Shown here: positions 1 to 8,500 of the stretch, piece after piece
Layout of the letters: the number at the start of each line of letters is the position of its first letter
How positions within the stretch are numbered: the stretch's first letter is position 1
Source: the human T2T-CHM13v2.0 reference genome, Homo sapiens
NCBI RefSeq assembly: GCF_009914755.1
Contig: NC_060945.1
DNA length: 64,000 nt
Strand: one strand, 5' to 3'
The notes under the pieces: generated by a model
The model's database searches: none
The model's input: the letters and a program-made list of their open reading frames with translations, nothing else
Told to the model about the DNA's origin: nothing
Position numbers and translations under genes: made by a program

Positions 1-1806
1 AGTACCTTCGAGGCACCCCGGAGTCACCACCAAACTCACCAATTTCACTCAATTACTCTCCAGTCTCTCTCATGTCTTCACCAGCCCTCAGGGACTCTCC
101 CGACTGTCCCAGCTACTCTCCAACAACGTCCAGATTTCAGCTGGAAGCAGTTCCTTGCTCCCCAGAATCAACACCAAACTCACCAATTTCACTCAATTAC
201 TCTCCAGTCTCTCTCATGTCTTCACCAGCCATCAGGGACTCTCCCGTCTGTCCCAGCTACTCTCCAACCACGCCCACATGTCAGCTGGAGTCCGTTCGAG
301 ACACCCCGGAGTCACCACCAAACTCACCAATTTCACTCAATTACACTCCAGTCTCTCTCATGTCTTCACCAGCCATCAGGGACTCTCCCGTCTGTCCCAG
401 CTACTCTCCAAAGACGCCCACATTTCAGCTGGAGTCTGTTCCAGGCACACTGGAGTCACCACCAAACTCACCAATTTCACTCAATTACTCTCCAGTCTCT
501 CTCATGTCTTCACCAGCCCTCAGGGACCCTCCTGTCTGTCCCAGCTACTCTCCAACCACCCCCAGATTTCAGCTGGCGTCAGTTCCAGGCACCCCGGAGT
601 CACCACCAAACTCACCAGTTTCACTGAGTTACTCCCCGGTCTCTCTCATGTCTTCACCGCCAGCCCTCAGGGACTCTCCTGTGTGTCCCAGCTACTCTCC
701 AACCACGCCCACATTTCAGCTGGAGTCAGTTCCAGGCACCCCGGAGTCACCACCAAACTCACCAATTTCACTCAATTACTCTCCAGTCTCTCTCATGTCT
801 TCACCAGCCCTCAGGGACTCTCCTGTCTGTCCCAGCTACTCTCCAACCACGCCCAGATTTCAGCTGGAAGCAGTTCCTTGCACCCCAGAATCACCTCCAA
901 ACTCACCAATTTCACTCAATTACTCTCTAGTCTCTCTCATGTCTTCACCAGTCCTCAGGGACCCTCCTGTCTGTCCCAGCTACTCTCCAGCCACACCCAG
1001 ATTTCAGTTGGAGTCAGTTCCAGGCACCGCGGAGTCACCACCAAACTCACCAGTTTCACTGAGTTACTCCCCGTTCTCTCTCATGTCTTCACCGCCAGCC
1101 CTCAGGGACTCTCCTGTTTGTCCCCGCTACTCTCCAACCACGCCCACATTCCAGCTGGAGTCACTTGCAGGCACCCAGGAATTACCTACAAACTCAGCAG
1201 TTTCACTGAGTTACTCCCCAGTCTCTCTCATGTCTTCACCCCCAGCCCCCTGGGACTCTCCTGTCTGTCCCAGCTCCTCTCCCACCACGCCCAGATTTCA
1301 GAGGGAGTCAGCCTCCCACACTCCGGAATCACCTACAGACTCACAGACTTCACGGAGGTCCTCCCTGGTCTCTCTCAGGTCTTTGCCCTCAGCCCACAGG
1401 GACTCTTGTGTCTCTTTCAGCTACTCTCGAAACTTCTCTAGATTCCAGCTGGACTCAGTTCCAGGCACCCACGACACACCACCAAACTCACGAATTTCAC
1501 TGACTTACTCCCCAGTCTCTCTCATGTTCTCACCACCAGCCCTCAGGGACTCTTCTGTCTCTCTCAGCTACTCTCCAGCCATCTCCACATCACACCTGGG
1601 GTCAGCTTCCCACACCCAGGAATCACCTACAAACTCACGGACCTTACTGCAACCCTCCCCCATTTCTTTCACCTCTTCACCCCCTGCTTTCAGGGACTCT
1701 CCTGTGTCTCCCAGCTTCTCTCCAGCCTTCCCCAGATTTCTGCCACAGTCAGCCCCAGGCACCCAGGGTTACCCTGGACACTCACAGGCCTCACGAGACT
1801 ATTTCC
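1..1806 (+). repeat. 144/147-bp satellite array (ACRO1-like), unit 0
   Basis: Monomer gactctcc...cccagctactctccaaccacgccca...tttcagctggag...aactcaccaatttcactcaattactctccagtctctctcatgtcttcaccagccctcagg repeats every 144 or 147 bp. Confidence 0.9.
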
Positions 1807-2246
1807 CAATGACTTGTATCTATAGAGGGATGGCTCCCATACTTCCCTCAGTGACCTCAAACCCATCTCCACTTACACTCAGACACTCCCAGGGCCTGAC
1901 AGCTACTCCCCGTTATTGTCCTTCAGCTCGAAGCCCTGGCCCATCTACTAGCCAACATGATGCAGCTACCTGGCCATGTCTCCACATTTCTGGGGAGGGC
2001 CCCACACCCAGCCGCAGAAGAGCCCCTCCTGCATTCCGTCCTCACACACAGGCCTGTCCATCCACTTGCTACTGTCACCCTCTTGCCAGCAGAAGAGGCC
2101 CCTGTAATGGCCGATATCACCGCCCAGTCTATCCTCACCCCACAGCTGTGCAGCGGGACCCTCCTGCTGGCCCACGTGGCTGCCACAGCCCATGCTGGCA
2201 CGACGCTCCAGCATGTCGGCGTCCCTGCGGGCCACGCTACCGCTGA
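1..2246 (+). CDS. 3' part of Ser/Pro-rich heptad-repeat ORF (unit 0, type A-like, cut by window start)
   Basis: ORF 72..2246 matches the C-terminal 724 aa of the 1377-aa ORF apart from an H/R difference in AF(R/H)PH. Confidence 0.5.
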   Translation, partial: YLRGTPESPPNSPISLNYSPVSLMSSPALRDSPDCPSYSPTTSRFQLEAVPCSPESTPNSPISLNYSPVSLMSSPAIRDSPVCPSYSPTTPTCQLESVRDTPESPPNSPISLNYTPVSLMSSPAIRDSPVCPSYSPKTPTFQLESVPGTLESPPNSPISLNYSPVSLMSSPALRDPPVCPSYSPTTPRFQLASVPGTPESPPNSPVSLSYSPVSLMSSPPALRDSPVCPSYSPTTPTFQLESVPGTPESPPNSPISLNYSPVSLMSSPALRDSPVCPSYSPTTPRFQLEAVPCTPESPPNSPISLNYSLVSLMSSPVLRDPPVCPSYSPATPRFQLESVPGTAESPPNSPVSLSYSPFSLMSSPPALRDSPVCPRYSPTTPTFQLESLAGTQELPTNSAVSLSYSPVSLMSSPPAPWDSPVCPSSSPTTPRFQRESASHTPESPTDSQTSRRSSLVSLRSLPSAHRDSCVSFSYSRNFSRFQLDSVPGTHDTPPNSRISLTYSPVSLMFSPPALRDSSVSLSYSPAISTSHLGSASHTQESPTNSRTLLQPSPISFTSSPPAFRDSPVSPSFSPAFPRFLPQSAPGTQGYPGHSQASRDYFPMTCIYRGMAPILPSVTSNPSPLTLRHSQGLTATPRYCPSARSPGPSTSQHDAATWPCLHISGEGPTPSRRRAPPAFRPHTQACPSTCYCHPLASRRGPCNGRYHRPVYPHPTAVQRDPPAGPRGCHSPCWHDAPACRRPCGPRYR

Positions 2247-2454
2247 CATGGCTAGCATCACCCTCCTTCCTGGCAGTGACACTGCTGATTTGAACCCCAG
2301 TTTCACAGCTGTCATTTGTAAATAGGACCATTTTCCCTTTTCTCTCTCCCTTCCATTCACAGGGCTTCTCATTCCCTCTGTTTCTGCCTCCGTTTCAGAG
2401 ATTTACTCACCTTTTTCTCTCTCACTATGTCTGCCGTGGTCTCCATAAGAGTGT

Positions 2455-2790
2455 GCCACATAAAATTGCCCCATTAAAAGTCATGAATTGAGTGGATTTT
2501 AGTATACCTGTGGTTGTGCACATTCAATTTTAATTCGCAATCCATTTTAGAAGGTTTTATCACCCCCGACCAGAGAAACACCCTGTGGACAATAGTCACT
2601 CCTCATTCTGTCTCAAACCCTCTCCCTGACCCTCAGCCCTAGGTAACAACTGCATAGAGCGATCAACCCCATATGCATAGATTTCCATATTGTGGACAGT
2701 TCCTATAAACGGAATTGCACAATACGTGAGCTTTTGTGACTGACATAACACTTTTAGCACAATATTTTCAAGATTCATCCACATTGCAGC
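2455..2790 (-). mobile_element. Old L1M (L1MB/MC-like) 3' fragment, antisense; one per unit
   Basis: Minus-strand translation WMNLENIVLKVLCQSQKLTYCAIPFI resembles the L1 ORF2 C-terminal end; the plus strand has the typical ttttcaagattcatccacattgcagc motif. Subfamily uncertain. Confidence 0.8.
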
Positions 2791-2845
2791 CTTACCCACA
2801 GGGGGAAACCGCATTTTGTGGTTTCAGTAACACCGGGTGTTTTCT

Positions 2846-2930
2846 CCTTCCTTCCGTCTTTCCTTCCTTCCTTCCTTCCTTCCTTCCTTCCTTCCTTCCT
2901 CCCTTCCTCCCTTCCTTCCTCCCTTCCTCC
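2846..2930 (+). repeat. (TTCC)n/(CTTCCTCC) polypyrimidine microsatellite; one per unit, length varies
   Basis: Directly visible. Relative to units 0/1 it is +4 bp after units 2, 4 and 6, +8 bp after units 3 and 5, and -4 bp after units 7 and 8. Confidence 0.95.
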
Positions 2931-3164
2931 CATTTCTCTCTTATTCCTTCTGCCCTCTCTCTTTCATATGCCTTAGGTGCATCCTACGTCCTGCGTCTTT
3001 TTGGGGAATCCTCGACAGGTGCTGGAAAATTGTGTTATTGTAATTATTTACCGGTATCTCTCTTTCATGGTTCTCCATCAGTTGTAAGCATCTATTGGTT
3101 TATCCCAGGTCACTAAGTATATTTTAATTAGCTACACCTGTTTTTCTTTATACACCTGTTTCTG

Positions 3165-3286
3165 GAGTATAGGGTCGCATACTCATAAACCCAGTGTAAC
3201 TCAGAAACGCATCTAATATTCCAATAGACCCATCATAACGTTGAAAAATCATAAATCAAACCAACTTAAGTCACGATTTGGCGCTG
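3165..3286 (+). mobile_element. Degenerate MER47/Tigger5-like DNA-transposon MITE fragment; one per unit
   Basis: ataaaccca...acccatcataacgttgaaaaatcataaatcaaaccaacttaagtc resembles my recollection of the MER47 consensus (gataaacccatcgtaaagtcgaaaaatcgtaagtcgaaccatcgtaagtc). Confidence 0.55.
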
Positions 3287-3582
3287 GATATGGGCTCCAT
3301 CAATTCCATTGTATTCAATAATGCTGTACACCATTAACAATGGCAGACTGATTGGGCGTGGATGTGGATAACATTATAAAAATCAGTTATTAGAGGGATA
3401 CTTTAACCTGACGGAAGAGCTGATCTAATGGTATTAGTACAGTGATGATTATGTGAGATGTTTTGAGACAGAGTAGTACATTTGTGTATGAGATTCTGTG
3501 GCTTTTTTCACTTAGTAGGAACCTTTGTGTGTGGAAAACTGAGAAAATTGCTTTGTGCTGTAGAGTCTGGCATTCGTTGTAG

Positions 3583-3650
3583 ATTAAAGCTTATTTTTTC
3601 TGGATGTAAATCTTATTCAATAAAATACTACTCTTTATAATAAAAAACAA
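3583..3650 (+). terminator. Polyadenylation-signal cluster (ATTAAA 3583, AATAAA 3619 and 3639); one per unit, e.g. 11052 and 11072
   Basis: Hexamers lie at the end of an AT/GT-rich 3'UTR-like stretch, followed by aaaaaacaaa. Confidence 0.5.
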
Positions 3651-3654
3651 AGAC

Positions 3655-3995
3655 ACTGGTGATGTGAAGTCATTATCCTCAGCAAACTAATCCAGGAACA
3701 GAAAACCAAACGCCACATTCTCACTTATAATGGGAGCTGAAAAATGGGATCACGTGGACACAGGAAGGGGAACAACACACACTGGGGCCTTTCGGGAGGC
3801 AGAGCGTTAAGAAAAACAGCTACCGCATGCTGGGCTTAATACCTAGGTGATGGGTTGACAGGTGCAGCAAACCACCGTGGCACACGTTTACCTTAGTAAC
3901 AAATCTGCACAGCCTGCCCATATATTCCAGAACTTAGAAACGAAACGAAAGCAAAGAAAACGAGAAAGCGATAGCAAAACGCTAACGGCGAAACA
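3655..3995 (+). mobile_element. 5'-truncated primate L1PA-type 3' end with decayed A-rich tail; one per unit
   Basis: Diagnostic L1 3' motifs cattatcctcagcaaactaa, gaacaacacacactgggg and gctgggcttaatacctaggtgatgggttgacaggtgcagcaaaccacc, followed by an A-rich tail from ~3937. Confidence 0.9.
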
Positions 3996-4119
3996 GAGTT
4001 TCAAACTCAGAAAGTGAGAGACCAATGTTTGGTTCAAATCATGGTTCTCAACCCAGGTGCCATAAGGTCAGGATAAAGAATTTGATGACGTATTGTAAAT
4101 AAGACATGCAGCGGAGGAC

Positions 4120-4620
4120 CAGAAAAATCGTTCTCAACATACGTGTGGCTTCGAGTTCAACGGTGACGCTATCTACAGTGACATAGCATTAGATTCCAAA
4201 GGGCCGAGTCCCGCAAGACTGGCCTCCCACACTAATAATAATGGGAAGCGCTACGTTGCTTTACCTGTGCTTCTCAGCAACTGGCTATAAATCAGGTTTC
4301 CACCACTCCCAGTTTTAGTTGCATTCATTTGCTGGAAGAGCTCACAGCACGCAGGGAAACACTGACATTTCCCATTTTTTGTATTTTAGCAGATATTGCA
4401 AAAACTTCAGAAAAAACTTTTGGGCCCGGCATGTGGGGAGGGGCTCACTGCCTTCCAGGAAGTGTTATCCAGAAGCTCTCTAAACCCAGTCCTTTTGGGT
4501 TTTTATGGAGACCTCATTCTATAGGCATGATGGGTTAAACCATAGGCTATTGGTGATCAACTCAACCTGGGGCTCTCAACCCTCCCTGGAAATTGGGGTT
4601 GAGGCTTTGCCATTCTCAGT
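4120..4620. mobile_element. MER21-like LTR fragment; one per unit
   Basis: Motifs gagctcacagcacgcagggaaacac and ccttttgggtttttatggagacctcattctataggcatga...ggtgatcaactcaacc match my recollection of MER21. Boundaries approximate. Confidence 0.7.
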
Positions 4621-5159
4621 CTGAGTAAAAGAATTTACGCAAACGGAATTTTAAAACAGATTAGCATATCTGGAAACTTAACTAGATGACGGAATTATCT
4701 GGAGCCACACCTTGATATTCCTAACCCGAGCACCCTCATCCAAAGAATGCTCCACCCAACTGGCTCCCAAGTCTCTACGGGGTTCCAGAGCAAAAGAATG
4801 TTTATACAGCGCATATCTCCACCTTTTCTTCAAAGTCTTTTCGCTTACACGGAAAGACTTCTTCAACTGCCATGCATCAGGGTCAGGGGGAGGTCTTGTT
4901 ACAACACAGATCTGCGGATCTCCGGGGCTTGATTGTGGCAAGGATGCTGCTGGTGTCAAAACCACAACGTGGGAACCACAGAACCACTAGTTGGTTTTCA
5001 GTGTTTCAGTGCATACAATTCCTAATATATCTGGCCAAGAAAACTTGTAAGTTCTTAGATTGTCCCAAAGGTGGCGCATGAAATCAAATCAGGAGAACAG
5101 TTTCCTACGAGGTGTAGCCTGGGAACCTTGGGGGTGACTGATGGAAAGGAGGAGTGAAG

Positions 5160-5230
5160 CTCCGCCCTTTCCGCTGCGAGGCTGCGCCCGAGGCTATTTA
5201 AACCCACCCTGGCTGGCCTGTACTCAGATC
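5160..5230 (+). promoter_or_regulatory. Putative Pol II core promoter: GC box, TATA box, Inr; one per unit
   Basis: CCGCCC at 5162-5167, TATTTAAA at 5195-5202 and TCAGATC (YYANWYY) at 5224-5230 with A at 5226, 31 nt after the TATA T; locally CpG-rich. TATA copies at 12628, 19920, 27216, 34652, 41948, 49384, 56524 and 63664. Confidence 0.65.
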
Positions 5231-5415
5231 TTCGCAGAGCGGAGCAGCGGCCGGAGCGTTTGGCGGACTCTGCGTGGACTTGGAGCTCACAGCATCTTGC
5301 GACTTGGAAGCGGATTCAGAGGACAGGACAGAACACTTGGGCAAGTGAATCTCTGTCTGTCTGTCTGTCTCATTGGTTGGTTTATTTCCATTTTCTTAAG
5401 GAGCACATACCTCAC

Positions 5416-5484
5416 ACCACACACACACAAACACACACACACACACGCACGCACTCACGCACACACACACGCACACACACACAC
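5416..5484 (+). repeat. (CA)n/(CACG)n microsatellite in the putative leader or intron; one per unit
   Basis: Directly visible. Confidence 0.95.
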
Positions 5485-5545
5485 TAATTCATTCTGCGGG
5501 TTAGGAAATTAGTAGGGGTCTCTGGGAGCTGCAGGTTTCCTAATC

Positions 5546-8500
5546 ATGTCTGCACCTAAGAACACTAGGGTCTTGTCTGGCTCTTCTTATGAACGGTCCC
5601 CCAGCCCGGACTCCCCAAGATCCATGCTAGCCTCACCCAGCTTCTCCCTCTCCCCTCTCAGAAACTCAGACTTAAGAGGAAGCTCCTCACCAGGGATCCG
5701 GAGCTACCATTCACCATCCCCTAGGGCTTCACCACACTCACCTCTGTCATCACCAGTATCCCACAATCTCCCATTTCCCTGTCCTATCCGTGATGGACAA
5801 TCCATGAAGCCATTGGGCTCTCCCGTGTCCTCCTCTGAGGATTCTACAGAGTCACCACGTTCATCAGTAATATACCACATGTTCCTACTGCCATCACCCA
5901 GCAGCTCACCCCCAGCTCTCTGGGAGTCTCCTGGGTCTCCCAGCTACTCTCCAAACAACCCCAGATTTCAGCTGGAGTCAGCCCCCCACACCCAGGAATC
6001 ACCTGCAAACTCACGAGCCTCACGGTGCTCCTCCCCTATGTCTTTCATCTCTTCACCCCCAGGCCTCAGGGACTCTCCTGTGGCTCCCAGTTACTCTCAA
6101 GCCATCCCCATGTTCCTGCGGGAGTCAGCCCCATGCACTCAGGAGTCCCCCAGAGACTCACAGGTCTCGGGAGAATATGAGCGCTCCCCCAGCCCTGACT
6201 CCTCAAGATTCATGCCTGCCTCACCCAGCATCTACCTCTCCCCTCCCAGGAACTCAGACCCAAGGGGCAGCTCCTCACAAGGGATGTGGAAGTACTCTAC
6301 ATCATCCCGCAGGGCTTCACCACTCTCACATCCGTCATCGGCAGAATTCCACAACTTTACATTTCCCTTTCCTAACCAAGCAGGACAATCACTCATGTCA
6401 TTGTGTTCTCCCGTGTCCTCCTCTGGAGATTCCTCACAGTCACCCCATTCATCAATAATATACCATATGTTCTTACTGCCATCATCCAGCAGCTCACCCC
6501 CAGCCACCAATGACTCTCCTGTCTGTCCCAGCTACTCTCCAACTACGCCCAGATTTCAGCGGGCGTCGGTATCCAACACCCCAGAAACACCTACAAACTC
6601 ACAGACCTCAGTGAGATCCTCGCCAGTCTCTCTCACGTCTTCACCCCCAGGCCTTACGGACCCTCCAGTCTCTCCCAGCTACTATCCAACCACGCGCACA
6701 TTTCAGCGCGGGTCAGATCCAGGAACCCAGGGAGCACCACCAAGCCCACCACTTTCACTGTGTTACTCCCCAGTCTCAAGCACGTCTTTATCTCCAACCC
6801 TCAGGGACTCTCCTGTCTGTCCCAGCTATTCTCCAACCACGCCCACGTTTCAGCGGGAGTCCGTTGCAGGCAACCAGCAATCACCAGCAAACTCACCAAT
6901 TTCACTGCGTTACTCCCCAGTCTCTCTCATGTCTTCACCAGCCCTGAGGGACTCTCCCGTCTGTCCCAGCTACTCTGCAACCACACCCACATTTCAGCTG
7001 GAGTCCGTTCGAGGCTCCCCGGAGTCACCACCAATCTCACCAATTACACTCAATTACTCTCCAGTCTCTCTCATGTCTTCACCAGCCCTCAGGGACTCTC
7101 CCGTCAGTCCCAGCTACTCTCCAACCACCCCCAGATTTCAGCTGCAAGCAGTTCCTTGCTCCCCGGAATCAACACCAAACTCACCAATTTCACTCAATTA
7201 CTCTCCAGTCTCTCTCATGTCTTCACCAGCCCTCAGGGACTCTCCCATCTGTCCCAGCTACTCTCCAACCACGCCCAGATTTCAGCTGGAAGCAGTTCCT
7301 TGCACCCAGGAATCACCGCCAAACTCACCAATTTCACTCAATTACTCCCCAGTCTCTCTCATGTCTTCACCATCCCTCAGGGACTCTCCCGTCTGTCTCA
7401 GCTACTCTCCAACCACGCCCACATTTCAGCTGGAGTACCTTCGAGGCACCCCGGAGTCACCACCAAACTCACCAATTTCACTCAATTACTCTCCAGTCTC
7501 TCTCATGTCTTCACCAGCCCTCAGGGACTCTCCCGACTGTCCCAGCTACTCTCCAACAACGTCCAGATTTCAGCTGGAAGCAGTTCCTTGCTCCCCAGAA
7601 TCAACACCAAACTCACCAATTTCACTCAATTACTCTCCAGTCTCTCTCATGTCTTCACCAGCCATCAGGGACTCTCCCGTCTGTCCCAGCTACTCTCCAA
7701 CCACGCCCACATGTCAGCTGGAGTCCGTTCGAGACACCCCGGAGTCACCACCAAACTCACCAATTTCACTCAATTACACTCCAGTGTCTCTCATGTCTTC
7801 ACCAGCCATCAGGGACTCTCCCGTCTGTCCCAGCTACTCTCCAAAGACGCCCACATTTCAGCTGGAGTCTGTTCCAGGCACACTGGAGTCACCACCAAAC
7901 TCACCAATTTCACTCAATTACTCTCCAGTCTCTCTCATGTCTTCACCAGCCCTCAGGGACCCTCCTGTCTGTCCCAGCTACTCTCCAACCACCCCCAGAT
8001 TTCAGCTGGCGTCAGTTCCAGGCACCCCGGAGTCACCACCAAACTCACCAGTTTCACTGAGTTACTCCCCGGTCTCTCTCATGTCTTCACCGCCAGCCCT
8101 CAGGGACTCTCCTGTGTGTCCCAGCTACTCTCCAACCACGCCCACATTTCAGCTGGAGTCAGTTCCAGGCACCCCGGAGTCACCACCAAACTCACCAATT
8201 TCACTCAATTACTCTCCAGTCTCTCTCATGTCTTCACCAGCCCTCAGGGACTCTCCTGTCTGTCCCAGCTACTCTCCAACCACGCCCAGATTTCAGCTGG
8301 AAGCAGTTCCTTGCACCCCAGAATCACCTCCAAACTCACCAATTTCACTCAATTACTCTCTAGTCTCTCTCATGTCTTCACCAGTCCTCAGGGACCCTCC
8401 TGTCTGTCCCAGCTACTCTCCAGCCACACCCAGATTTCAGTTGGAGTCAGTTCCAGGCACCGCGGAGTCACCACCAAACTCACCAGTTTCACTGAGTTAC

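Noticed and set aside
1568-2372. Overlapping minus-strand and alternative-frame ORFs near the main stop
   Set aside because: Short GC-rich shadows of the main ORF with no promoter or recognisable homology.
2805-2826. Small hairpin gaaaccgc-atttt-gtggtttc
   Set aside because: An 8-bp stem with a G-U pair is expected by chance; no RNA-gene features.
2596-3116. Short ORFs (72 aa minus strand; 68-126 aa plus strand)
   Set aside because: They are translations of the L1M remnant and the TTCC microsatellite; the plus-strand frames shift between units.
4329-5512. Short ORFs of 61-123 aa upstream of the main ORF
   Set aside because: They overlap the LTR remnant, promoter and CA repeat, several have non-ATG starts, and they recur only because the unit is duplicated.
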